In this document: positions 26,000 to 36,009 of the stretch, piece by piece
How positions within the stretch are numbered: the stretch's first letter is position 1
Layout of the letters: every line of letters starts with the position of its first letter
Assembly: GCA_026645415.1 (NCBI GenBank)
Contig: JAPEVH010000061.1
Location: 1-40,000 of the forward strand
Origin: Candidatus Electronema sp.
GTDB lineage: Bacteria > Desulfobacterota > Desulfobulbia > Desulfobulbales > Desulfobulbaceae
Reading direction: 5' to 3'
Length of the DNA stretch: 40,000 bases
Notes under the pieces: generated by a model
Databases searched by the model: none
Seen by the model: only the letters and a program-made list of their open reading frames with translations
Told to the model about the DNA's origin: nothing
Position numbers and translations under genes: made by a program

Positions 26000-27253
26000 T
26001 TACTCGTAAATACCCATGGACTGAAGGGTCTCAATGGTCATACCGCCACCTTCTGGCAGACCTTTTGACCGCTGGTAAGCCCGCAGAGCCTGCTGGGTCT
26101 GCTCGCTGTAGTTACCATCAATCGTACCAGGATCAAAACCTTCCTGAGACAGTGCTTTCTGAACACTCAGAATTTTGGTGTCTTTGATCTGATCTTCACA
26201 AAGAACTGCTCGCCAAACGATCTTGCTGTCGCTGATCTTAACCCGCTTGGTTACATTCTCATACCTAGCTGGAACTGGAACACGACGTTCGCTCGGCTCT
26301 TGCACAACCTGCTTAACCCTGATGGTTTTGTACTCAGCAGGAATCGGGATTCTTCTTGTCTTAGCCGGCTCAACCATAACTGTTTTGGTGATGGTTTTAT
26401 ACTCAGCAGGAACAGGCTCTTGCACAGTTCTTGCTGGCGAAACCACAACTGTTCTAGTAATAGTCTCAAACTCAGCTGGAATGGTAACAGTTTTTGTTAC
26501 CGGAGGTGTAACTAAAATCTTTTTAATTACAGTCTTGTACATTGCTGGAGTCTCAACCAAACAGAGGGTCTCGCAGTCTGTCAGGCCAAGCTTTACATCA
26601 TCAAGAGTACAAGGAACTGCTGTTCTGATCCATTTGTTCGAGGCTGCCTGTACCAGAATTCGCTGCTTTACAGTTCTAAAGACCGGCGGAGTAGTTATAG
26701 TTCTTGTCGAAGCAGGTTTAATCACTACCTGATCTTGTCGAGTCTCGTAACGTGCTGGAATTACTCTTAAACGTACAGAGGCAGGCTTGACTATAATGCG
26801 TACAGTCCGGTCTTCAAAGCGTGGTGGACGGGTCTCGATTCTTTCAGAAGCTTCTTTAGCGACAACTTGCTTCTCAACCCATCTGTACTTTCCAGGAATG
26901 GTAATAATCTTCTCTGTCGCCGGCCGAACCAGTACTCTTTCAGTTACTGTTTTGTACCTAGCTGGAGCGATACAACGAGAATAGCATTCACCTGGACGAG
27001 CATTAGCAGGAACGCTAGGTACTTCACCAGACAACATCTGATTTGGCCCAACAACCTGCTGAACCTCTGGCCCTGATGTTACTACAACTTCTGACTCTGA
27101 ATCTGCTGGTTGATAAACAGCTTGTCCTTGCTCTTGCATAGCATCTTGAGCTGGATCATAGCCACCACCAAAATCAAGATTAGCCGCCTGAGCTGCGCCG
27201 CCGACTAATATCAGAAAAGCCGCCGCTCCGAGAGCTACCTTATCCTTCTTCAT
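26000..27253 (-). CDS. Secreted repeat protein (ten ~23-aa P-A-x-Y-x-T-V repeats) with C-terminal peptidoglycan-binding domain
   Basis: The start at 27253 (MKKDKVALGAAAFLILVGGAAQA, a signal peptide) has AGGAGG 5 nt upstream; the ORF track begins 63 nt further up. The C-terminal PG_binding_1-like motif is VQKALSQEGFDPGTIDGNYSEQTQQALRAYQRSKGLPEGG. Confidence 0.8.
   Translation of the reverse strand: MKKDKVALGAAAFLILVGGAAQAANLDFGGGYDPAQDAMQEQGQAVYQPADSESEVVVTSGPEVQQVVGPNQMLSGEVPSVPANARPGECYSRCIAPARYKTVTERVLVRPATEKIITIPGKYRWVEKQVVAKEASERIETRPPRFEDRTVRIIVKPASVRLRVIPARYETRQDQVVIKPASTRTITTPPVFRTVKQRILVQAASNKWIRTAVPCTLDDVKLGLTDCETLCLVETPAMYKTVIKKILVTPPVTKTVTIPAEFETITRTVVVSPARTVQEPVPAEYKTITKTVMVEPAKTRRIPIPAEYKTIRVKQVVQEPSERRVPVPARYENVTKRVKISDSKIVWRAVLCEDQIKDTKILSVQKALSQEGFDPGTIDGNYSEQTQQALRAYQRSKGLPEGGGMTIETLQSMGIYE
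26204..26968 (-). repeat. Protein-level repeat array (10 units) within the 26000-27253 CDS
   Basis: The units begin APARYKTVTERVLV, PGKYRWVEKQVV, PPRFEDRTVRIIV, PARYETRQDQVVI, PPVFRTVKQRILV, PAMYKTVIKKILV, PAEFETITRTVVV, PAEYKTITKTVMV, PAEYKTIRVKQVV, PARYENVTKRVKI. The period is 23 aa, and a 24-aa Cys-containing insertion follows unit 5. Confidence 0.8.
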
Positions 27254-27631
27254 CACCTGCCTCCTTTCATCTGTTTTTCTTGTTGCAACAAAAATCTTAC
27301 GCAAGCTACCAATCAACGATTGAACCTGCTATTTTTTTGTAAAAAAGTCTCTACTAACAACTGCCAAGAAACAACTTTTTTTGAATCTTTCTTACTATAG
27401 CATTTCTGTTTTAAGAGGGCAATACAAAAAATTGCACTTTGTTAAAAAAATATTTTAATAAGAAATATCAAAAAAATATGGACTTTGTGTTTCTCAACCA
27501 CTTAAACGAGAGACAACTTTTACTCGTAACTTGATTTCATCAGCCAAAAGCATGATAAGGAAGGTCAATAAGAAAAGCAAGCGATTTTTCAAAAGCTTAG
27601 AAAATCAATTTTTTCCTGCATCATGGCACTC

Positions 27632-29602
27632 TCAAATTACTCTATCATTACCACCATCTACAGAAACTTGGGCAGCAGTCGTACAGGCGAAAAGTGGCCC
27701 ACAAAGTTCTGCTGCAAGTTCTGCTATATGATGACTAGAGACCTCAATACCTAGCAAATTATTAGTCTTGTACTCTTGCACAGTCAGGCCATAATGAGCC
27801 GCCCGCGCCTGTAGTATTTCTTCTGTCCAAATACCTGTATCAAAGACCGCGTTTGGGTGCAAGGCATTGATGCGAATACTATCTTTTCCCCATTCCAAGG
27901 CTGTCACCCGCATGAGTTGCGTTAGAGCTGCTTTAGACGCAGAATATGCTGCTGCCCCAGGGCCAGGTGCAGGTACATTTTTTGAGCCAATTATCACGAC
28001 TCGACCTTTGCTGGGCGCAGCCTTAAGCAACGGGTACGTCTCGCGCAGCAGACTCAGATTAGCATCAAGATTTACGGCCATCACCTGCCGCCACAGCTCA
28101 CTGGATAGCTCTGCCACTGTCTTACTAGCTGGGAAAATGCCTGCGTTCAGCACCAACATGTCGATGCCGCCAAAGCGCAATACAGCCTGATCTAAAACGG
28201 CTGTAATTTTGGCTTCATCTGTGATGTCGCAGCAAAGGCCAAGGTAGGCGGGTGAAGCAGAGACTTCAGTAACTCGAACGTCAATATCCAGCCCAACAAC
28301 TGCCGCGCCCCGTTGTAAATAGGAATCTACACAGGCCTTACCAATACCCGAAGCAGCACCCGTAATTAGAACAATTTCACCGCTGAACATGGATGGTTTG
28401 CCACCCTTTTTTAGTTTAGCCTGTTCCAAATCCCAATATTCTACTGCAAAGAGAGCACTGGACGGTAAAGGTTGCCAGCCGCCGAGTCGCTCCGCGCGAA
28501 GGATGCAGTCCAGCGTGTGCTCATAAATATCAGCGACAATGCCCACTTCTGCTACTGAACTCCCCGCGCAGCATAAACCCAAGTCAGGATCTAAAATAAC
28601 CCGTGGCGCAGGATCAAGCATGGTCTTACGCTCTAGGGCTTCTGGCTCATGGCTTTCAAAATAGCGGCGATACTCCTGCTCGTACTGCTCCGTATCTCGT
28701 CCTATCAAGGGCAGAGCTTTGGTCCGAATGACATGATCAGGGGTCGCCGGGCCACAGGCAAGTTGCCTGACATCAGCTCTGCGGGCAAATGCTAAACCTA
28801 CTTGGAGGCCAGTAACATGGAATATCATTGCTTTGCCAGTCTTGGCTGATACCGCCTGCCGCAATTTAGCAATTTCGCAGCGATTGCTGAAGCGTAAGTC
28901 CTGCGCTGTATGCTTATCAAGTTCCCAAGCATCGTGCTTGCGGAGATACGTTTCTGCTATATCTACCAAGCGAATCATGCGCTCGTAAGATTCTTGCGCT
29001 GTGTCAGCAAAAGAAAATACACCATGATTCATTAGAATCATGCCAATGGTGTTTGGCGTAGCTTGCTCAGTAAAAATTCGCGTTGCTTCACGAGCCAGAT
29101 CAAAACCAGGCATCACGTAAGGGACAATCACCACCAAATCGCCGTATAACTCTTCAATACGCTGCTGTCCACCCGGTGTATTGCAAATTGTCACCACAGC
29201 ATCGGCATGAGTATGATCAACATAGCGAAAAGGGAGAACCGCATGAAGAATCGTTTCTACCGAGGGAGCAGGCGCAGCAGATCGGGTAAGTTGGGTTGCT
29301 AGACCATTGACCATTTGCGGGTCAGAGAGCTGCTTTAGCTTTGACAGACAGCGTATAGGGCGCAGGCGTACTGGGGCAAAACCTTCGGGCTTAATGGTTG
29401 CTAGATCCCAACCACTGCCTTTGATGTAGAGAATTTCCTCGTCTTCGCCAAGCAAATTTTTCTCAACAATTTTTACAGAAGTATTGCCGCCGCCATGCAG
29501 AACCAAGGCGGGATTGCAACCTAGTAAGCGAGACGAATAAACTCGTAGTTCAAGATCATCTGTGCAGGCTGCGGCCTCAGTTTCATTCCATAGATTTTGC
29601 AT
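27632..29602 (-). CDS. Bifunctional class II aldolase/adducin-domain plus short-chain dehydrogenase (rhamnulose-1-phosphate aldolase/alcohol dehydrogenase-like)
   Basis: The N-terminus reads MQNLWNE...NPALVLHGGGNTSVK, with an HTHAD metal site. The C-terminal SDR has ITGAASGIGKA and YSASKAA. The ATG at 29602 has a GGAG upstream; the track start at 29638 lies inside the GT4 gene. Confidence 0.85.
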   Translation of the reverse strand: MQNLWNETEAAACTDDLELRVYSSRLLGCNPALVLHGGGNTSVKIVEKNLLGEDEEILYIKGSGWDLATIKPEGFAPVRLRPIRCLSKLKQLSDPQMVNGLATQLTRSAAPAPSVETILHAVLPFRYVDHTHADAVVTICNTPGGQQRIEELYGDLVVIVPYVMPGFDLAREATRIFTEQATPNTIGMILMNHGVFSFADTAQESYERMIRLVDIAETYLRKHDAWELDKHTAQDLRFSNRCEIAKLRQAVSAKTGKAMIFHVTGLQVGLAFARRADVRQLACGPATPDHVIRTKALPLIGRDTEQYEQEYRRYFESHEPEALERKTMLDPAPRVILDPDLGLCCAGSSVAEVGIVADIYEHTLDCILRAERLGGWQPLPSSALFAVEYWDLEQAKLKKGGKPSMFSGEIVLITGAASGIGKACVDSYLQRGAAVVGLDIDVRVTEVSASPAYLGLCCDITDEAKITAVLDQAVLRFGGIDMLVLNAGIFPASKTVAELSSELWRQVMAVNLDANLSLLRETYPLLKAAPSKGRVVIIGSKNVPAPGPGAAAYSASKAALTQLMRVTALEWGKDSIRINALHPNAVFDTGIWTEEILQARAAHYGLTVQEYKTNNLLGIEVSSHHIAELAAELCGPLFACTTAAQVSVDGGNDRVI

Positions 29603-29627
29603 GGGAATCTCCAGACAAAAAAGAGTG

Positions 29628-30857
29628 TTATGCCGCAATCTGCTGATAAAGCGCGACAGTTTGATCAGCCACTTTGTCCAAGGCGAAAATTGCCTCTATC
29701 CTTTTTCGGGCTGCTTTTCCATATTCTTGACGTAGCAAAGGGGAATCATGTAGATGCAATATGGCTTCTGCAAGAGCCTTGCTGTCACCCACAGGGACAA
29801 TCAGCCCATTCTTTCTATGCTCCACTACAGCTCGGTTTCCTGGAATATCAGAAACAATTGCTGGAACACCCCAACTCTGGGCCTCTAATAACGCATTAGA
29901 AATGCCCTCCTTGCGTGAAGGAAGGAGCAGGCAGCAGCTTTTTTCAAAGAAAGGCGACAAGTATGTTTGATATCCGGCAAACTCAATAGAATCTGCACAA
30001 CCTAGTTGCCGAGCCAATTGCTGCCACGCCGTTGCATCGCCCCCGCCGAGAAGTAGCAGCCGTGAACTTGGTCGCTGATAATGAAACTCAGCCCATGCTT
30101 CTAGCAGTATATCAAAGGCTTTATGGGCAGCGGTTTGGCTGAAATTACCGATATAGAGGAAAAGCTTGTTTTTTTCTACAGCAGAAGTTTGCGCAGGAAT
30201 ATCTACCCCATTGGGAATAACCGTGATCTTGCTTTCAGGGACATCATTCCGCATGAGATTATCTTTCATGGCAAGGGTCAGAGCAATAAAGTGTGGTTTC
30301 TTACGCCACTTATCACAGCCAGCGGCCAAAGGAACCGCATAAAGAGGCGGAAAAACAGGCATGTCCGCTCCTTTGCAAAGCACTGGTAGTTTAAAGATTT
30401 TTCCAGCAAAGGCAGCTAAACCAGCAATCCAATCCGCAGTATGGACATGCAGAATATCAAACGATTTTTTATTTTTTACGAGAAAAAATAAAACTCCAAG
30501 AGAAAAAACGGTGATATTACAAAGTCTAATACAGAAATTGATATTTTTTGCAATTTTCTTTTTTGAAAAGATGCCTTGCTGAACTGTAACCGTGTCGTTG
30601 CAATGCGTATTGTTTTGCTCTTTTTTGTTTTTTCTACTTTGAATAAGCTGAAGCAACAGCTCTAAGGAAAAGATTCTGACAATCTTCACTCCATTTTCTT
30701 CCTGCTGCTGAGAGGCATCTTCGATACGGCAGCGACAGGTTAGAACCAAGCACTGATGACCGCGTGCTGCCAAGGCCGCTGCAAGTCTTCTACACTGATT
30801 TTCACTTCCTCCGGCAGGAGCTGGCCAGTAATAGTATGTCAACATGCAAATTCGCAT
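29628..30857 (-). CDS. Glycosyltransferase family 4 (GT-B)
   Basis: 409 aa. N-terminus: CMLTYYYWPAPAGGSENQCRRLAAALAARGH. C-terminal E-x7-E-like region: LLLPSRKEGISNALLEAQSWGVPAIVSDIPGN. Confidence 0.8.
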   Translation of the reverse strand: MRICMLTYYYWPAPAGGSENQCRRLAAALAARGHQCLVLTCRCRIEDASQQQEENGVKIVRIFSLELLLQLIQSRKNKKEQNNTHCNDTVTVQQGIFSKKKIAKNINFCIRLCNITVFSLGVLFFLVKNKKSFDILHVHTADWIAGLAAFAGKIFKLPVLCKGADMPVFPPLYAVPLAAGCDKWRKKPHFIALTLAMKDNLMRNDVPESKITVIPNGVDIPAQTSAVEKNKLFLYIGNFSQTAAHKAFDILLEAWAEFHYQRPSSRLLLLGGGDATAWQQLARQLGCADSIEFAGYQTYLSPFFEKSCCLLLPSRKEGISNALLEAQSWGVPAIVSDIPGNRAVVEHRKNGLIVPVGDSKALAEAILHLHDSPLLRQEYGKAARKRIEAIFALDKVADQTVALYQQIAA

Positions 30858-30859
30858 AG

Positions 30860-31663
30860 TTACCAGCCGAAATCTTGGCCAAGAGCATTCTGTAGCATCT
30901 CATTGTGTGGAGCAAAAAATTGCTCTAAATACGCATAAACTTCAGGAGGAGCTGCATTTTTACTTGGATTAGCGTTTTTTACTGCAACATCTTGAATAAC
31001 GATACTAGAGTCAATTTCTAAAAAATCAAACACCTGTTTCAAAACAGCCAGCGGTTCAGTAAAGAGGCGACTGCTTTCTAAGATAAGCATCTGCTGCTTG
31101 GAAAAGAAATCCCAATATCTTTGAAGCTGTTCAATATATATTCCGCGTTGTTTATACGAAAAAGACTGATGTGTCTGGCTCAGATACGAAGGCTCATTCA
31201 GCATTTTTTGCCATTCTCCTGTGCAACGCTCCTCTTCTTGCTGGAGAGCTTCTAAAAGCGATAGCTGTTCTCGTCCTTTTTTTTTCTCATGGAAATAATG
31301 AGAAATAGCCCGTTCCACCGGATTCCGCAAAATGACAATAAGTTTTACTGTTGGCAATAAAGCAGCAATACGGCGTGGTGCGTGAGGATGACAAAAATAA
31401 TAAGGCGTTGCCTCGCCAATGTAGCGACGTGGTAGTAATCGACCACCTAGCGGGAAATGAGAGCGATACCAGTTTGCTCCTAATTGGTAGTGAAGATCAA
31501 AAAAATGAATTTCTTTATAATTATTTGTAAAAACTTGCGGATGCTGGCAGATGTAGTGAAATAGAGAGGTGGTCCCTGATTTTTGCGCACCAATGACGAG
31601 GAAATTCGGCAAGGGCCGCAAGGGAGCAGTTAGTGCATAGTATTTTTGCAAAAAAATATTCAC
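30860..31663 (-). CDS. PAPS-dependent sulfotransferase (Sulfotransfer_1/3-like)
   Basis: 267 aa. The 5'-phosphosulfate-binding loop is FLVIGAQKSGTTSLFHYI, and the 3'-phosphate-binding motif is ILRNPVERAISHY. Confidence 0.85.
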   Translation of the reverse strand: MNIFLQKYYALTAPLRPLPNFLVIGAQKSGTTSLFHYICQHPQVFTNNYKEIHFFDLHYQLGANWYRSHFPLGGRLLPRRYIGEATPYYFCHPHAPRRIAALLPTVKLIVILRNPVERAISHYFHEKKKGREQLSLLEALQQEEERCTGEWQKMLNEPSYLSQTHQSFSYKQRGIYIEQLQRYWDFFSKQQMLILESSRLFTEPLAVLKQVFDFLEIDSSIVIQDVAVKNANPSKNAAPPEVYAYLEQFFAPHNEMLQNALGQDFGW

Positions 31664-31669
31664 AACTTA

Positions 31670-32623
31670 TCAATATTTATGCGCTACATGAAAGAGCTTC
31701 CGTTTGCTAGACTCGTACAAATACAAGCAAAGAAGAACCGCAAAATGACTCATTGTAAGCAATCCTGTTTTTTTAGGATGATACAAAGGAAATCCTTTAG
31801 CCAGCAGATAACGTTTCAGCACTGTTTGCAGGAACAAAAGATGAGAGACAGATAGCTCCTGTTGCCATCCTGTGACTCTATCTGGGCGTGGCCTTCCGTC
31901 CTGTACATGGGTGTGAAGATGTTGTTGCGCAGAAGGAATTGAAGAAAAGTAGCCCGGCTGATCTACGTTTTCCTTCTGGGAAGAAATCCCAAAAAACTGC
32001 TCAATACCAGCCATCACCTCTGTTTCATGCTCAATAAGATTTTCATATTGAATGACGAGAAAGTTAGGATCATTCTGCAAACTTTCAAGCCGCTGCAAGG
32101 TATCAAGATAGCTAAAGAGAAAATGGAGAATATTTTTCTGCATCGGCTGACCGGTCTGGCTGTCTAAGCTCCGTCTCTGCGAGCTAAACACCGCACGGGG
32201 ATCGCGGTTGACAAAGATAAATTTTGCACTTGGCAATTCTTGACGAATCGTTTTTACGCAGCGATAATACTCACCGCACTTATGCACCACTATACGTTTT
32301 TCCGGTGAGTGCCCTTGATACAAGGATAAAGCAGCTCGCAACACATCGCTGAAACAAAGTGGCAAAGGAAGCGAGGCTAGATGCTTAACCAGTTCATCCC
32401 GATTGATCTGCCATGCCTGAAATTTTGCATCCTGATACAGCGTATCAAGATATGATTGCAGCTCGTCCTCAGTACGGATAGAAAAACCGGGTCTGATCCA
32501 GCCATCAACAAAACGGGCCTCGATGCCCACCTTTACGGTCTCGTAGCCACTCAATTTGTTCGCAAGATAGGTTGATCCCGACCGATTCAGATAAGTAAGA
32601 AATACTATTTGCTGATCAGACAT
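31670..32623 (-). CDS. Sulfotransferase-family protein (Stf0/Sulfotransfer_3-like)
   Basis: 317 aa. P-loop-like PSB motif: FLTYLNRSGSTYLANKL. 3'-PB-like motif: FVNRDPRAVFSSQRRS. Confidence 0.75.
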   Translation of the reverse strand: MSDQQIVFLTYLNRSGSTYLANKLSGYETVKVGIEARFVDGWIRPGFSIRTEDELQSYLDTLYQDAKFQAWQINRDELVKHLASLPLPLCFSDVLRAALSLYQGHSPEKRIVVHKCGEYYRCVKTIRQELPSAKFIFVNRDPRAVFSSQRRSLDSQTGQPMQKNILHFLFSYLDTLQRLESLQNDPNFLVIQYENLIEHETEVMAGIEQFFGISSQKENVDQPGYFSSIPSAQQHLHTHVQDGRPRPDRVTGWQQELSVSHLLFLQTVLKRYLLAKGFPLYHPKKTGLLTMSHFAVLLCLYLYESSKRKLFHVAHKY

Positions 32624-32632
32624 TGAAGCGTA

Positions 32633-33991
32633 CTATACCACAGACAGAGAAAAACAATTCTGGCCTTCTTCCCGCACCATAATTTTTTCAGTATAGCCTA
32701 AGCACTCTGCCAAAATTTGGGTACGTTTCTGCACCTCAGCCACTGTAGTATCAGGAAATTTTCCGGCAATATATTGATCTCGGTTCTGTCTGCTGGCATC
32801 AACTCGATCCAATATGCTGCGCCAAAGGCGTTTCATCGCTTGAACAGTGCGTTGCGATATGTCTCGTTGGCGAACAAAAGTCTGACTGAGCTGCAATAAC
32901 TCATCAACCATTTTTTCCGAAGCTAGACTACCTTGCAAAGATGCAATGTGCTGTTCCAGTATTTTCTGTTGTCTGACAAGTTCTTCAGGAGAAGCAGTAA
33001 GATTACCTTGAATAGCTCGATCAAGCATATCCAGCAACTCGTCTGGATTAGTTGCGTGAAAGCTACATGCGTTGGGCAATGGCTGCTCGTAAAGGTCAGG
33101 CTGCTCCTTACGATAGGCAATGGCTGGTTTGCCAAGCAACAGTGCTTCAATAGCAGTGGTACAGTTCCAATGGACAAGAACATCAGCAGCTAACAACCAA
33201 GGCACAACGTTACCTTCGCGGATCACTACAGTATTATGTAAGGAAAACGCAAGCTCCTGCCATAGTTGCAAACCCTCCGAAGGGTGGGGTCGAATAATGA
33301 TCGTGTGTTCTGGAAAGCGTTCCCGTACTTGAGGCAAAATCTCTTGAAATGATCGCAGCACCTTATGCTGGGCTTCTGTCCAGCCTGCAAAAAAGCCGGG
33401 CCGTTGTTCTTCAATAGGATATTGGGCAAAAGTTTTCAGTAACGCATTTGCATCATTAGCACTATTGGCAAAGGAAAAACTGGTGTTGATTAGAATGATG
33501 CGACCATATTCTTTATATAGTGCAGCAACATCCCTGTCATAAACCTTGCGCAATTCCGGGCGGAGCAGGTCAAAGCGTGGATTACCGACCAGCTTGATCC
33601 GTTTTGCTAGTGTGCCAACTGCAGGACTCGTCACTTCGGCCTGATCTTTGCCCCAAGCAAAAAACACGTCTGCTGATTCTAACGATGGAGGATAAATACG
33701 GAGCTGACGATAGGTCTCAGCATCAAAATAAACAAGCCCCTCCTCGTCCAAAGCTGCAATACGGTGTCCCTGCTGTTGACAGCGGCTGAACCATTTTTCC
33801 TTTGTCTTGGCAATGCTCTTATCTAAAAATATTCCCCGATCAAGAAGCTCTGTGAGAAATTTCAGCTCCCATAATGCACCAAGCACCACATCAAATCCCC
33901 GTTGTAGGGCAACGATAGCTAAGAGCAACTTGGCATCAAATTCCCGCACCTTGGTTTCTATAGGAATGATGAGAAGCGGTTTCTTTTTCAT
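32633..33991 (-). CDS. Uncharacterised surface-polysaccharide biosynthesis protein, probable GT-B-fold transferase (TagF/KpsS-like features)
   Basis: 452 aa. Only weak motif resemblance: HTIIIRPHPSE, and WNCTTAIEALLLGKPAIAY as in GT-B C-terminal domains. The call rests mainly on context inside the glycan cluster. Confidence 0.35.
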   Translation of the reverse strand: MKKKPLLIIPIETKVREFDAKLLLAIVALQRGFDVVLGALWELKFLTELLDRGIFLDKSIAKTKEKWFSRCQQQGHRIAALDEEGLVYFDAETYRQLRIYPPSLESADVFFAWGKDQAEVTSPAVGTLAKRIKLVGNPRFDLLRPELRKVYDRDVAALYKEYGRIILINTSFSFANSANDANALLKTFAQYPIEEQRPGFFAGWTEAQHKVLRSFQEILPQVRERFPEHTIIIRPHPSEGLQLWQELAFSLHNTVVIREGNVVPWLLAADVLVHWNCTTAIEALLLGKPAIAYRKEQPDLYEQPLPNACSFHATNPDELLDMLDRAIQGNLTASPEELVRQQKILEQHIASLQGSLASEKMVDELLQLSQTFVRQRDISQRTVQAMKRLWRSILDRVDASRQNRDQYIAGKFPDTTVAEVQKRTQILAECLGYTEKIMVREEGQNCFSLSVV

Positions 33992-33993
33992 AA

Positions 33994-34983
33994 CTATTGC
34001 AATGAATTGCGCAGCACGATTCGCATATGATTCGCTCGGCCTGCTTCATCTATTACGGCCTGAAAAAGATCACCATGTTCAAGCAAAAAAGCTGTTACTT
34101 CTTTGTTTTGTTGTTTGTCGCGATAATAGGCGATTAAGTCAGGAATATCCATACCTCTGGTTTCGATATGCAGTAGCTCAAAGCCGACTTTTTTCAACAA
34201 ATGCTGCATAGATTGTTTGGTGAAATAGAGCAGATGCTCTGCTGGAGCAACAAGAGCAGATTCTTCCTGTAGAATTGTCGATCCAAGAGAATATAAATTA
34301 GGGACATAAAGCAAAGCAATTCCATTGGGTAGCAATAGTCGCTTCACTTGGGCCAGCATTGCTACTGGATCAGCAGTATGTTCCAGAACATCAAATAAGG
34401 TAATGATATTAAACAATCGTTTTTGATCAATTTCTGCAACCGGGCACGACCAAATTGGAATACCCAGACGTTGCGCTGTATATTCTGCTAATGTCTTTCC
34501 TAGCTCTTGGCCGAAAATAGTATATCCCTGCTGGCGGCAATAGTCGAGAAACCAACCAGTTCCACAACCTATATCCAATAAAGCACAGTCCTTTGGTTCT
34601 TTATCTGACCATTTCCGCAGAATATTAACTCGTTCTTTGGCAAAACGCTCCATTCGGTAGCTGATATTGTGCTCGTAATCTCGTTTTGCCTGACCGAGAT
34701 ATTGCTGATCTGCGTAAACATCATTTGTATTTTTCGGTACTTTTGCGGCATAGCCTAAACTGCATTCTTGGCATTGTACTATATCAATACCGCATTTTTG
34801 CATCAGTGGTTTCTGTTGACCAGAACCGCAGATCGGACATGCTATAACTGGCTGCCAGCCGCTCCCTTGGTCAACTTTAGTACAGCATTGTTGTACAGAG
34901 CAAAGTTTTTTGTTATGAAAGCCATTTGGCCTCATGGCGCAAATATCAATAGAATTAAAATTTTTCAATAAATTATTGCGCAT
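33994..34983 (-). CDS. Class I SAM-dependent methyltransferase with N-terminal zinc-ribbon
   Basis: 329 aa. CPICGS...CQEC is followed by SAM motif I (LLDIGCGTGWF) and post-I/II motifs (IITLFDVLEH). Confidence 0.8.
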   Translation of the reverse strand: MRNNLLKNFNSIDICAMRPNGFHNKKLCSVQQCCTKVDQGSGWQPVIACPICGSGQQKPLMQKCGIDIVQCQECSLGYAAKVPKNTNDVYADQQYLGQAKRDYEHNISYRMERFAKERVNILRKWSDKEPKDCALLDIGCGTGWFLDYCRQQGYTIFGQELGKTLAEYTAQRLGIPIWSCPVAEIDQKRLFNIITLFDVLEHTADPVAMLAQVKRLLLPNGIALLYVPNLYSLGSTILQEESALVAPAEHLLYFTKQSMQHLLKKVGFELLHIETRGMDIPDLIAYYRDKQQNKEVTAFLLEHGDLFQAVIDEAGRANHMRIVLRNSLQ

Positions 34984-34986
34984 AAC

Positions 34987-36003
34987 TTAATTTTGTCTAT
35001 TTTTTCCAGCCAAACTATAGCGTAAGTTTGTAAATAATCTCTCTACACCGCTTACCCCAGCAATAGAGATAAGAAAAGATATTGTAAAGACAAGGGCTGC
35101 AAATATATAAGGATTTACTGATCGATCAATTTCAAGTGTAAATTTGACTATCCAAATAGCAAGATAATGCGACAAAAATATTCCATAAGATATATCTCCC
35201 ATAAATCGATTAGAAATGAGATTTTTCTTAAAAGAGGATAGGTAATTAATAACTGGTATCGAAATAAGAATTCCAACAATCACTTGAATTGAATGCGGAA
35301 TATGAACTCTGTTCAAAACACCCAAGGCAATAGCAAGAAATATTACTAATCCATATACGAATTGCGGAAAGTACTTGTCGAATGTAGAGAGCTGGTCAGG
35401 ATTATTGGCTCTAATTGCTAAGATAACTCCTGTGTTAAATATAAACAAAACACCAGGCAAAAGCCTATATCCATAATAATCTGTATGAAGCCAACCGAAA
35501 CAGGCTAAAATAAATATAAATAATGAAAGAATAGAGCTTATTGCCCGTATTTTTTTGTAGAAAACAATAAATGGCAAGATAATATATGCTTGCAATTCTA
35601 AACCAAGAGACCAAGATATTGGCACAATAGCATATTCTTTTTCCTGAAAAAAAGACACGTCATTAAACATAAAATAATTAGTTGGCACAATCAGGATATT
35701 TTTTAAAAGAAGAGCGATTCCTCCTCGATACGTCAACTCTTCTGACAGAAGAACAAATAATCCTGTTAATAACGCAATAAAAAAATATTGAGGGTATATT
35801 CTAAGGATTCGTTCACAATAAAATCGCGCGTATACAGTCTTATCCGGCGTAAAGACATTAGTCAGTAGGGTACATACCACATAACCTGCCAGCATATAAA
35901 AAGAAACAACCGATGCCACTCCGATATTAAATCCTTGAAGACTGAAGTTTAAATGTGACATGAGTACAAATACAGCAAGGAAAAATCGGTAATAACCAAA
36001 CAT
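34987..36003 (-). CDS. Membrane O-acyltransferase (acyltransferase family 3)
   Basis: 338 aa and polytopic. The N-terminal YRFFLAVFVLMSHL pattern (conserved Arg/His) is characteristic of Acyl_transf_3. Confidence 0.8.
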   Translation of the reverse strand: MFGYYRFFLAVFVLMSHLNFSLQGFNIGVASVVSFYMLAGYVVCTLLTNVFTPDKTVYARFYCERILRIYPQYFFIALLTGLFVLLSEELTYRGGIALLLKNILIVPTNYFMFNDVSFFQEKEYAIVPISWSLGLELQAYIILPFIVFYKKIRAISSILSLFIFILACFGWLHTDYYGYRLLPGVLFIFNTGVILAIRANNPDQLSTFDKYFPQFVYGLVIFLAIALGVLNRVHIPHSIQVIVGILISIPVINYLSSFKKNLISNRFMGDISYGIFLSHYLAIWIVKFTLEIDRSVNPYIFAALVFTISFLISIAGVSGVERLFTNLRYSLAGKNRQN

Positions 36004-36009
36004 ACGAAA

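Noticed and set aside
26223-26732. A 169-aa + strand ORF (and smaller ones) opposite the repeat-protein gene.
   Set aside because: The - strand product has a signal peptide, a strong SD, a periodic repeat and a PG-binding domain. The + strand ORF is a by-product of the repeat's codon periodicity (Thr/Val/Leu-rich) and has no start context.
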